A stretch of 64,000 nucleotides of DNA. Origin: a virus. The notes under the pieces are model-generated. The model made no database searches, had not been told where the DNA came from, and worked only from the letters and a program-made list of their open reading frames with translations. The position numbers and the translations under genes are program-made. Below are positions 1 to 9,049 of this stretch, piece after piece; the stretch's first letter is position 1; every line of letters begins with the position of its first letter. The stretch is taken from IMG/VR virus record IMGVR_UViG_3300008448_000040, positions 1 through 64,000 of that record, one strand, 5' to 3'.

Positions 1-405
1 AGGACCTTTGAATCTACGCCTTGTATCTTGAATCAGATCATATGTTATAAATCCTTTATCATAATCAGAAAACACGATCGCATCATAATCATATCTGTGT
101 AGGTATGTTAATGGTTTACTAATTACATCGTTATCTATTCTTGCTATTTGGTGCTTTGATTTAATATCAACTAATCGTATCTTTGTCGATGAATGTCCGT
201 AAATATGATCAACCTTGACTCCCAGAGCTATTAAATTATTTGTAACATTACCTGCCATTCCCGCATAGCTTTGTTCTTTGTAAGGTGTGAGTACAGGGAC
301 AGGGGCTTCTGGGCTAATCTTTTTAACTGTGTAATACTGATAGACATCGGTACACAAATCACCTACTACTAATACGTTGAATTGTTTTTGTTGTAGAGTA
401 TCCAT
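1..405 (-). CDS. RfaE/HldE kinase domain (HldA-like heptose-7-phosphate kinase, PfkB family), runs off window
   Basis: Not in ORF track. Manual translation MDTLQQKQFNVLVVGDLCTDVYQY...ISPEAPVPV...GMAGNV...FSDYDKG carries the ISPEAPVPV, GxAxNV and SDYxKG motifs of RfaE domain I. Confidence 0.85.
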   Translation of the reverse strand, partial: MDTLQQKQFNVLVVGDLCTDVYQYYTVKKISPEAPVPVLTPYKEQSYAGMAGNVTNNLIALGVKVDHIYGHSSTKIRLVDIKSKHQIARIDNDVISKPLTYLHRYDYDAIVFSDYDKGFITYDLIQDTRRRFKGP

Positions 406-754
406 TTATTCTATCAAAAAAATGTAACTGCTTTGCCCATCTTGATCCAATAACCTCTTTATCTTTATAATCACTACCAACGACCATGTGCTTTGGTCGT
501 ATCTTCATTACAAGAGAATCTAGATCTTCATCCGTTTCAAATATAATTACTTCATCTACCCATCTAATAGCTTCCAACATTGTTCTTCTGTAACCCATAT
601 TGTTAATAGGTCTATTACTACCTTTTAGTAATCTAACTCTATCATCACTATCAATAGCAACAAATAATCTTGTTCCCAGTGATGCAGCATAGTTCAAAAG
701 AGCTATATGTCCTGGGTGTAAAATATCAAAAGTTCCATTGACAAATACATTCAT
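359..754 (-). CDS. RfaE domain II / HldC-like nucleotidyltransferase (heptose-1-phosphate adenylyltransferase family)
   Basis: GTFDILHPGH (HIGH-like), KGxxRPIN, GSDY and YSTT motifs; adjacent to the RfaE kinase domain. Confidence 0.85.
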   Translation of the reverse strand: MNVFVNGTFDILHPGHIALLNYAASLGTRLFVAIDSDDRVRLLKGSNRPINNMGYRRTMLEAIRWVDEVIIFETDEDLDSLVMKIRPKHMVVGSDYKDKEVIGSRWAKQLHFFDRINGYSTTKTIQRISSR

Positions 755-1746
755 TATTTTCCCTTACTCATTATTTTATTCCACGATGTGGCGTAGTCAG
801 ATGGTTTAGTTTTAGTAATATCAATGTTGAGATCTTTGGCGATAATGTCAAACATTTCATCTAACTGTGTATCAGAAAAATCCATGATACCCTGATTCAT
901 TCTGTCAGCAAAATCACAATCAATTCCTGCAATTCTTATAGGTGAGTATACTGGCTGTTGATCTTTACGATAAAATTTAAAGTAGTCTGGGTAGGATACA
1001 TTCTTTTCAAAAGTTGATCCCATTACAACTAAACCTGGAGTATCAAGAGCTCTTGCCATATGTTGGCCTACCGAATCACAACCGATGAAATAATCCGCTT
1101 CGTTAATCAACGCTAAGTACATTCTTAGATCCGGTTGCATATTGGAAACATTAAGCATCACAGAGTCTCTTGGATGAACCAATTCCTTTGGTCCAAAGAA
1201 AACCACAATCATGTGCTTGGAAAGCTTCTGTGCTAGGTAAAGTGCCTGATCCGGATCCATACTTCTATTTGAAGGATCGTTTGGTACACCATGATTAAGA
1301 TTCATAGCACTACCATATGGTTGAAATACAACTACTTTATCAATACCTTTTTCTTTCTTCGCTGTGACCAGAAGATTCTTGATAGAAAGGGTCTCTTCTT
1401 TTTGAAGATATAGTTTGGGTGAAGTTAGATCGCTATGATCTCTTGTGTTATTGATCTCTTGATCAAACGCTTCTATCATCGATATATTTTGATTATAGTA
1501 ATCAAAATTTGAATATGGCTCAGGAACAACTAATTTACTGTTTTTAATGTAATCTTCGAACAATCGCTTATGACCCATTCCAAAAGTTCTTTGTTGAAGC
1601 ATTGGATGGTTCCAGTAAAGATTCTCCCACCCTGAAACAACTACCCTGAAGTCATCATTAGGATTTAGCCTAGCGTACTTTTCTAATGCAGGGATAGCAC
1701 AAATTACTCTTCCTGCTCCACCATTGATAGCAAAGATTGTATTCAT
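754..1746 (-). CDS. GT9-like (heptosyltransferase-family) glycosyltransferase
   Basis: N-terminal GGAGRVICAIPAL; C-terminal ADYFIGCDSVGQHMARALDTP resembles the GT9 DSGxxHxAxAxxxP motif. Confidence 0.7.
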   Translation of the reverse strand: MNTIFAINGGAGRVICAIPALEKYARLNPNDDFRVVVSGWENLYWNHPMLQQRTFGMGHKRLFEDYIKNSKLVVPEPYSNFDYYNQNISMIEAFDQEINNTRDHSDLTSPKLYLQKEETLSIKNLLVTAKKEKGIDKVVVFQPYGSAMNLNHGVPNDPSNRSMDPDQALYLAQKLSKHMIVVFFGPKELVHPRDSVMLNVSNMQPDLRMYLALINEADYFIGCDSVGQHMARALDTPGLVVMGSTFEKNVSYPDYFKFYRKDQQPVYSPIRIAGIDCDFADRMNQGIMDFSDTQLDEMFDIIAKDLNIDITKTKPSDYATSWNKIMSKGK

Positions 1747-3086
1747 TTTTTATAAATCTCCAATAATTTTTTCAATTCAGAAATAGGCTCTTTCCATGTT
1801 CTTGGTTTTACTTGTCTAAGTATTTCAACATGATCTCCATACCATGGACTATATTTGGATGAATGACACCATGTATAATAATGAGAAATAGGTGTAAAGA
1901 TATAAGTCTTCTTTCCCATAGCAGCTGCAGCATGTGCAATTGATGTGCATGACGTAATAACAAAATCTAAATCATCTATTACTTTTAGAGTAACCTCAAA
2001 GTTTTTAAGATCCTTTGATATATCTATCAGTCCAGGAAAATCATTGAATTGATCAAACCCATCCTCTTTTTGAAGGCAATAAAAATCAGCATCAATGTGT
2101 TTTACAGCTTGATAAATTTCTCTGACAGGTAATGTTCTATGAAGATCTTGATCATAGAGAGGATTACCTTGCCATCTGATACCAATCTTTAATCTATCAC
2201 TTTTTTTGACTGGACTAACAACATTCTTATCAGCTGAGATGTACGGACCATACCATAAGTCTTTATACTCCATGTTAAGATAAACTGGAATATCCATTGT
2301 GTGAGTCCACAATACCTCACTTTCATCATACCTAATGTAATCCATGTTGTTGATTACATCGAATCCTAATCTTTTGAATATCTGTGTTGTTTGCTTGTTT
2401 GTAGAGAACCAGATAGGTTTCATACCAAGATCTCTGATTGTTTTCATGAACCTGAAATTGACGAACTCGTCCCCAAGTCCTGCTTCAGCTAATAAGATTA
2501 TCTTTTTGTTCTTGACAATCTCGCCTTCCCATCTATCAAATCTAAGCTGAGGTTTTTTCCAGATGTCCATCTTTCTACCCTCAAACAAAAACTTTTTGAG
2601 ACCTGGTAGAAATTGATCCTTCATCATTTCATATGTGCCGAGATTGAAAGTCACAGCTGTTCTCTGCTCCTCAGTCAAATCTTTACGATCTAATAAAGAT
2701 CTCAGTATATCCTCAGCCACATCTTTCTCATTATTAAGAAAGTGCGCAAATGACTTACTCATTAGAAGATCAATATTTGATGGATAGATTGATTCGATCA
2801 TTCTATATGTCTTGATTGCCTTTTCAGGTAAATTAGCACTAGCATAAGCTCCAACAAGATTAAATCTTGCCATACTAACGAGTTCTTGATTCTGAGTGCA
2901 TGCTAATGCTTTCTCAGCAAAATCAACAGATTTCTGATACTGTTTAAGTACGTTGTAACATTCTGCTACCTGCATGAATTCTTCAAAAGTAACTGCATGT
3001 TTTGAAAGAACATCGATTAATTTAATTCCAACGTCAAATTCATTGAATCCCTTCAACGTCTCGCATAATGATCTAAGTGTAAGCAT
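1743..3086 (-). CDS. TPR-repeat protein with C-terminal GT9-like glycosyltransferase domain
   Basis: Helical TPR-like N-half; EAGLGDEF, KIGIRWQGNP and LDFVITSCTSIAHAAAAMGK motifs typical of TPR-GT9 fusions. Confidence 0.75.
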   Translation of the reverse strand: MLTLRSLCETLKGFNEFDVGIKLIDVLSKHAVTFEEFMQVAECYNVLKQYQKSVDFAEKALACTQNQELVSMARFNLVGAYASANLPEKAIKTYRMIESIYPSNIDLLMSKSFAHFLNNEKDVAEDILRSLLDRKDLTEEQRTAVTFNLGTYEMMKDQFLPGLKKFLFEGRKMDIWKKPQLRFDRWEGEIVKNKKIILLAEAGLGDEFVNFRFMKTIRDLGMKPIWFSTNKQTTQIFKRLGFDVINNMDYIRYDESEVLWTHTMDIPVYLNMEYKDLWYGPYISADKNVVSPVKKSDRLKIGIRWQGNPLYDQDLHRTLPVREIYQAVKHIDADFYCLQKEDGFDQFNDFPGLIDISKDLKNFEVTLKVIDDLDFVITSCTSIAHAAAAMGKKTYIFTPISHYYTWCHSSKYSPWYGDHVEILRQVKPRTWKEPISELKKLLEIYKK

Positions 3087-3087
3087 A

Positions 3088-3888
3088 TTAATCTATATTA
3101 ATAGAGTTCCAAAGTGGTTTCCAATCCTTGTAGGGGTCTTTTTCTGCATCGTATTGCATATGAAAGGTTATACTTTCTACGGGGACAACCATTAGTTCCC
3201 CCCTTGTTGTAAACATTTTATTAAGAGTTTCCGGCTCGAGTTTTTCATATAATGGATCTAGATTGAGAAACCGTTCAATAAGGTCCCAATTTCTAATGTA
3301 ATTTTCTATTGATGTAAGGAACGAACAAGATGTATTGAACGATTGTCGCCAGTATCTTTTTCTACCAAGAATCATGCATATTGGTTCTACTTTATATCTA
3401 TCTCTAGGTTGTTCTTGATAATACCAGTGAGGAGGATGATAGCCAGATACAAACGGTAGAGTGTCTGTATCACTGAATATTTGATAAAAGACGTCCACCA
3501 TTTCGAAAACAGCTTCCTTTTCGAATAGGTAATCATCTTGAACTTGCATTCCTATATTCGACCCGTCATTAACTAAATGACTATAACATGCTCGAATGGA
3601 ATTCATTAATCCAGGATTTTCCAAGGTCCTGAATTCTGGTTTAATGAATTCAGACGAATACTTAGTACATAGCTTATGTAAGTAGTCTACAGTTTCTTTG
3701 TCAGATTGATCATCAATGATAGTAACGTGATGAACAGATTCATGAATAGATACACAATGTTCTATGGACTCAAATAAAGAAGTAACACATTTCTTGGTAA
3801 TTTCGGATTTTGAGTCTGAACAAAATCTCTTCTTACCTTGATTGGATTTTGTTGTGCACGTCTGGACAGCATAGTGAACAGGAATCAT
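3088..3888 (-). CDS. GT-A fold (GT2-like) glycosyltransferase
   Basis: IIDDQS and VQDDYLF (DxD-like) motifs; cluster context. Confidence 0.6.
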   Translation of the reverse strand: MIPVHYAVQTCTTKSNQGKKRFCSDSKSEITKKCVTSLFESIEHCVSIHESVHHVTIIDDQSDKETVDYLHKLCTKYSSEFIKPEFRTLENPGLMNSIRACYSHLVNDGSNIGMQVQDDYLFEKEAVFEMVDVFYQIFSDTDTLPFVSGYHPPHWYYQEQPRDRYKVEPICMILGRKRYWRQSFNTSCSFLTSIENYIRNWDLIERFLNLDPLYEKLEPETLNKMFTTRGELMVVPVESITFHMQYDAEKDPYKDWKPLWNSINID

Positions 3889-4427
3889 TTATTGACCATC
3901 ATCAAAACTTTAATTTCTTTCACAGCGTTGTTTGTAGACCTAATCATCCACTCAATGTCTTCGTGAGGGGTGTTCTTGTTTCGTTTTATGAATTCTTCGT
4001 CAAAATCATATTCAAATCTTACGATTTCGAAATCAACATCAAGAATGTTTGCATGACCCGACCAATTAGAAAACTTATCCTTCTCGTAATCACTAATCGT
4101 TTTAGATAGTTGTCTTAAAGACTGAACAGTGATGGGACGCACGTGAGTTAGATCACCATAAAATACATCATGAAAGGGATGTGGAACTACTATGTCGATC
4201 AAAGCACCATCTTTACAAACCCTGTAAAGTTCTTTAATCAAGTGAAAAAATCCAGGACCGATATGCTCAAGGATATTGTGAGCTCTGACTTCTTCGATGG
4301 TGTTATCATCAAAAGGTAGCAAGTCTGTTTCCAGATTGACAATATAATCAGGGTTACAAAGTGAATCACTGTCTACATTCAAAAACCCCTCTATTCTTGC
4401 AATGCCACTACCAATATTAATTTTCAT
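3885..4427 (-). CDS. SAM-dependent methyltransferase (type 11-like)
   Basis: INIGSG, LPFDDNT, HNILEH, ELYRVCKDGA, DLTH motifs. Confidence 0.8.
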   Translation of the reverse strand: MKINIGSGIARIEGFLNVDSDSLCNPDYIVNLETDLLPFDDNTIEEVRAHNILEHIGPGFFHLIKELYRVCKDGALIDIVVPHPFHDVFYGDLTHVRPITVQSLRQLSKTISDYEKDKFSNWSGHANILDVDFEIVRFEYDFDEEFIKRNKNTPHEDIEWMIRSTNNAVKEIKVLMMVNK

Positions 4428-4521
4428 TATTTTTCACCTTAACAATAAGAATAATTTCCTGCTCTGAACCCTTATATAGTAGATGTCAAATATTACATGA
4501 TAGTTCTAAGCATGCAATAAG

Positions 4522-4550
4522 ATTATATGATACATCTGAAGTGATGTCAA
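4522..4550 (-). promoter_or_regulatory. Consensus sigma70 promoter for the glycosylation cluster
   Basis: Minus strand TTGACA-17 nt-TATAAT, about 95 nt upstream of the methyltransferase start. Confidence 0.85.
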
Positions 4551-4574
4551 CAACTAATTGTAAAGTATTATTGT

Positions 4575-5885
4575 CTACATTAGCTCACGATAGGTATTGT
4601 ACCAATCATATGCGTCGCAAGTAAGAGTGGTTGTTTCGCCTCTAAGCATGTATGTTGGACCATCAGCATAAGGTGAAGTTATACTCACGGCTATCCAGTT
4701 ATTTGCACCAGCTATCTGAACAGGGGTTGAATAACAAACGATTCCTGTACCTCCAAGACCAAGTGCTCCCGTACAACAATCATATCCCCATGCCCACGCT
4801 GACCCATCCTTTTTGATAGCGACTACTCCACCAGATCCAGTGACAGTATTTGTAGAACCTGCGTTTGTGTGGATTGCTAAAGTTTTCCATCCAGTTTCAC
4901 CGCAACAAGGTACAACAGGGGTAGATACAAAAGTTCCATCTGAACAATTGATTCCTAGCAATCCATGACAATTGCGTCCCCACGTGTAAAGTTTACCACT
5001 CCTTGTGATAGCTATACCAAAAACTGCTCCTGTTGCTACTTCACAAAAAGTTTCACTTGTTATAACTTGAACAGGCGAGCTTCTGCAGGTGGTAGTACTA
5101 TCTCCTAGCTGTTGAGAAGTGCCATTCAAACCCCAAGACCATAAAGTACCATCACATTTAATAGCAAAAGATCTTTCACCAGTACCCATGTTTTTGGGTA
5201 GTTTGTACCAATCCCTACAAAAACCGATTTGAATTGGAGTTGATTTACTTACAGTTGTACCGTCTCCAAGTTGGCCCACTCTATTTTTACCCCACGCCCA
5301 CAAGGTACCATCAGTCTTTATTCCTAATGTATGCTCGTAACCCATTGCAACTTCTTTCCAGCAGTTACCACCTGTAGTAGGTAACACTTGTACTGGACTA
5401 TTTGCATTACTGACATTACCATTTCCTAAACGACCACAATCATTTCTACCCCATGCCCACAAAGTACCATCACAACGTATTGCAGCAGCTCCACCAGGAA
5501 AAATACAATTACCTTGACCATACACACACTTCCACTTGAATGGAGTGGTGCCAGCAATCAAAGCTGGAGTAGATCTTGCAGTCGCAATTGTACTACAAGT
5601 TCCAAGTAAGCAGTCTGAATTTGTTCCCCAGGCATAAAGTAGTCCTTCGCAATCAATTGCATAATTATTTGTTGGGCTACCTCCAGATATTTGCTTCCAT
5701 CTTATATAATTACCAGAAACTGTTACAGGAGAAAAAGTTGATGAACATGAAGTTACAGTAATATCATTGAATCTAGCACCGGCAGCATACAAACCACCTT
5801 CAACAACAAAATCTTTTCTAATGAATACATCATCAAGATCAGTTGCAAAATCTCCAAACGCGCATGTATAGAATCTACCTGACAT
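4575..5885 (-). CDS. RCC1-repeat beta-propeller protein, Cys-rich (likely virion/tail associated)
   Basis: Repeated DGTLWAWGxNxxGxLG...STPxQI units. Confidence 0.85.
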   Translation of the reverse strand: MSGRFYTCAFGDFATDLDDVFIRKDFVVEGGLYAAGARFNDITVTSCSSTFSPVTVSGNYIRWKQISGGSPTNNYAIDCEGLLYAWGTNSDCLLGTCSTIATARSTPALIAGTTPFKWKCVYGQGNCIFPGGAAAIRCDGTLWAWGRNDCGRLGNGNVSNANSPVQVLPTTGGNCWKEVAMGYEHTLGIKTDGTLWAWGKNRVGQLGDGTTVSKSTPIQIGFCRDWYKLPKNMGTGERSFAIKCDGTLWSWGLNGTSQQLGDSTTTCRSSPVQVITSETFCEVATGAVFGIAITRSGKLYTWGRNCHGLLGINCSDGTFVSTPVVPCCGETGWKTLAIHTNAGSTNTVTGSGGVVAIKKDGSAWAWGYDCCTGALGLGGTGIVCYSTPVQIAGANNWIAVSITSPYADGPTYMLRGETTTLTCDAYDWYNTYRELM

Positions 5886-7123
5886 TAGAGATATCCTCCT
5901 CTACCTTCTTTCAAAGCTGCAACGGGATTACTACCTGTTGCCACTGATATCCATCCCTTATCGGTTCCAACTCTGACCGGACAACAATATCTATCCAGTA
6001 GCACGGAATTGTTTGTACCAGACATTTTTGCAATACCCCATGCCCACAATGAGCCATCCATAGCAATACCAAACATAGTGTTATTTACACCTTTGCTGAG
6101 AGCTACCCATCTGAAATTATCTGCTAAAGTTGGAACGCTTATACATCTGGTAGTGTCAGAGTCTCCTATACCCCCAATCATATTACAATTACGACCCCAC
6201 ACAAATCTTCTTCCATATTGATCCAGTGCTTGCATTCCTGATCCTTGACCGGAAGGAATAATACATTTGAACTTTGTTCCAGCAGCTATCTGTATTGGCG
6301 TAGATACTTGTCCGGTTGTAGTTCCATCTCCGCGAATACCACAACATGCTAGACCCCATGACCACAAATCGCCTTGATTATCAATTACAAAGGCGGCGCT
6401 ACTTGCAACAGCTATATCTTTAATTCCTCTGTTTGTGAAGCCACATACTTGTACTGGAGATGATGTAGGATTTGTGTTACCATTTCCCACTAACGCTCCA
6501 AATCCCCACGACCACAGAGTACCATCACATCTCACAGCAAGCGCTGAGACAGTACCCATGGCAACTTTATTCCAAAAACCAGACAAACAAGTTGGAAGAG
6601 CCGTATCATTCGTGGTACCTCTACCTAACTGGCCATTACCACCAATTCCCCATGTCCACAAGGAATTATCAGTTCCAAGCGCAGCTACACTATTAAAATA
6701 CCCATCAACACAAAGCCATCCGGCTGGGGAAGCAGCAGTTATTTGAACTGGAGTACAATACATTGTTGCTGTAGCATTATTACCTAACCAGTAACCATCA
6801 CCCCACCCCCAAAGTGTGTTATCTTTTCTGACAGCCCACACGTTGAAAGCACGAGCGTTGAGGTTTCTCCAATTGCTTGATCCATCAAGATTGAAAAAAC
6901 AATAACATGATCTATTAGTCTCTAGGTTTCCCAATGTCATCTGAGGTATACCAGCATCATAGTCACATCCAGTTACCCAAAGCTCGGAAGTAGAAGCTCC
7001 CAAATCTAGGGAAGGATGTAGCCAATTCACATCTTCTTTTTTGACATATATGTCGTCGGGAGTGCAATAATTATAGGCTTCTCCTGGCCAAATAGAATAA
7101 AACCCTGATTTCTTATCGGTCAT
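5885..7123 (-). CDS. RCC1-repeat beta-propeller protein, Cys-rich
   Basis: Repeated DxxLWxWG...GxG...SxPxQ units. Confidence 0.85.
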   Translation of the reverse strand: MTDKKSGFYSIWPGEAYNYCTPDDIYVKKEDVNWLHPSLDLGASTSELWVTGCDYDAGIPQMTLGNLETNRSCYCFFNLDGSSNWRNLNARAFNVWAVRKDNTLWGWGDGYWLGNNATATMYCTPVQITAASPAGWLCVDGYFNSVAALGTDNSLWTWGIGGNGQLGRGTTNDTALPTCLSGFWNKVAMGTVSALAVRCDGTLWSWGFGALVGNGNTNPTSSPVQVCGFTNRGIKDIAVASSAAFVIDNQGDLWSWGLACCGIRGDGTTTGQVSTPIQIAAGTKFKCIIPSGQGSGMQALDQYGRRFVWGRNCNMIGGIGDSDTTRCISVPTLADNFRWVALSKGVNNTMFGIAMDGSLWAWGIAKMSGTNNSVLLDRYCCPVRVGTDKGWISVATGSNPVAALKEGRGGYL

Positions 7124-7135
7124 TAATAATCTCTA

Positions 7136-7774
7136 TTAATTATTTTTTAGACTTTGATAAATCTCAACTAGACCATCAAAATCATTACACTCATCTATTT
7201 GATTTGATAGAGATTGTTCCCAATCAAACAGTTCTTGTACACGATCATCAATTTTAGTTATGATATATTTCAAATGTCCTTTATTGAAATCAAGCCACTT
7301 ACCATTAATTTTGAATGGTATCGTAGATTCATCATCTGCCAAAAGATATTTTTGAAAGTAAATAGACCTACTTTCTCTATTGATTGATATTGATATATCT
7401 TCTTCTCCCACCTTCAAATTTAAACTATCATTTTCTCTATTCCATCTCATAGATGATATTGTTGATTTCAATTCAGATTTTATTGAGGTAATACTTTTTG
7501 GCGTACTGGAATAGGTTGCTGTACCCATAGCTTCAGTAAAAGTCCATGTAGGGCCTGTTCTATCATAAAACAAAGGATTTTGATTATGTTCAACAACCTC
7601 TGCAAATCTAATTTTATAACCTTCAACTGGTTCGTAAGGTACCCTTCTGAAGTCTGAGGGATTGAATTGTAGGTCTTCCCCCACTTCAGATTCAAGCGTG
7701 CTCAAGATAAGTCCAGGACTCCATTCTATTGGTCCCAGTAAAACTACATCATCTTTGTCTGTTAAAACGTACAC
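7136..7774 (-). CDS. DUF4376-like tail fibre assembly-type protein
   Basis: C-terminal KxxLKxxIxxxRWxRE...VQxxFDWE helical pattern; lies among fibre genes. Confidence 0.5.
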   Translation of the reverse strand: MYVLTDKDDVVLLGPIEWSPGLILSTLESEVGEDLQFNPSDFRRVPYEPVEGYKIRFAEVVEHNQNPLFYDRTGPTWTFTEAMGTATYSSTPKSITSIKSELKSTISSMRWNRENDSLNLKVGEEDISISINRESRSIYFQKYLLADDESTIPFKINGKWLDFNKGHLKYIITKIDDRVQELFDWEQSLSNQIDECNDFDGLVEIYQSLKNN

Positions 7775-7786
7775 TTTGATCTCCGT

Positions 7787-9049
7787 TTATAAAATTCCGA
7801 TGGCGGACCAGCCAATGTGGCCGCCTATGTTTTTCCATCCTTTGAATCCACCATTAGTAACTTGGACGGGGGTAGAAACACAAGGGACTGTACTACCAAT
7901 ACCAAGTTGACCACAGTCGTTACGTCCCCAAGCCCACAACGAACCATCTTTTTTAGTAGCTACCATAAAAAAAGAACCTACACCAGGGGTAATCAATGAG
8001 CCGAAACCACCTACGTGGACATCTACCCAATCACAACTACCACTCGTAACACTTGTACAATAACTACTAACTGTTGTACCGTCTCCAAGGTGACCGTAGC
8101 AATTGCATCCCCATGTATAAAGTTCACCATTTCTTGTTATTCCAGCTCCACTTATGAAACCAAGAGATATTTTTCTCCAGCAATTACCCATTTCAGGTAT
8201 TTGAACTGGAATATTATACTCACAACAATACACTCCTTGGTCACTTTGTAAAGGTATATTCCATCCACACTGATTTCTACCCCAAAAGTAAAGATGGCAA
8301 TCAAGACCAATAGCTAATACAGATGTAGAATTCCTGTGGGTCGACAATTCTCTAAATCTTGTATATCTATCTACGTATGAACAATCTTCGACTATCAAAG
8401 CGCTTGAATTTAAAACTGAGCGAGATATACATCCAGCCGGAGGATTATCGTATGGGACACCAGCTGCTAGTAAACCAAAACAATTTCTTCCAAGAGAATA
8501 CCACTCGTAACTCTCGCTCATTAAATAGCATGCATCACAGTTGGAAATAATGCATTTCCAACCAGTACCATACGTTGTAGCTACAGGAGTTGAAAGAGAG
8601 CCACCAACTCCATTTGAACCCCAGCACCAAACTGATCCATCATTTTTGATACCGTACATATTTAATATACCGTCGGGGTAAACATATCTCCAATCACATC
8701 CGACAACCTGAACTGGAGTTGATTTATCTGCTGTACCTGCAAGAGAATTACCTAGTTGGCCACACTGATTACTACCCCATGTAAAAAGTCTTCCATTACA
8801 GGTTATAGCAGCTGTGTTGTAAAACGATCTACAAACAAACTTCCAGTCCATTCCTCGTGAACAAGTTGGAATAGGAACTGTTCCCGTGTAAGTTGTATTA
8901 TTATTACCTAATTGACCAATATTATCGCAAGTTCGAAATGGAGGGGTACCAACGACCATACCCCCACCATATCTTAGCATGAAATCTTTTTTTTGAATAT
9001 ACTGAAAGCCAATTGGATATAATTGATCAGAACCACAATAGAAATTCAT
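7787..9049 (-). CDS. RCC1-repeat beta-propeller protein, Cys-rich
   Basis: GRLFTWGSNQCGQLG, DGSLWAWGRNDCGQLG repeats. Confidence 0.85.
   Translation of the reverse strand: MNFYCGSDQLYPIGFQYIQKKDFMLRYGGGMVVGTPPFRTCDNIGQLGNNNTTYTGTVPIPTCSRGMDWKFVCRSFYNTAAITCNGRLFTWGSNQCGQLGNSLAGTADKSTPVQVVGCDWRYVYPDGILNMYGIKNDGSVWCWGSNGVGGSLSTPVATTYGTGWKCIISNCDACYLMSESYEWYSLGRNCFGLLAAGVPYDNPPAGCISRSVLNSSALIVEDCSYVDRYTRFRELSTHRNSTSVLAIGLDCHLYFWGRNQCGWNIPLQSDQGVYCCEYNIPVQIPEMGNCWRKISLGFISGAGITRNGELYTWGCNCYGHLGDGTTVSSYCTSVTSGSCDWVDVHVGGFGSLITPGVGSFFMVATKKDGSLWAWGRNDCGQLGIGSTVPCVSTPVQVTNGGFKGWKNIGGHIGWSAIGIL

Noticed and set aside
4575-9049. Possible diversity-generating retroelement targeting RCC1/fibre genes
   Set aside because: No reverse transcriptase and no near-identical template/variable repeat pair differing at adenines; shared DNA stretches are short and follow the protein repeats.
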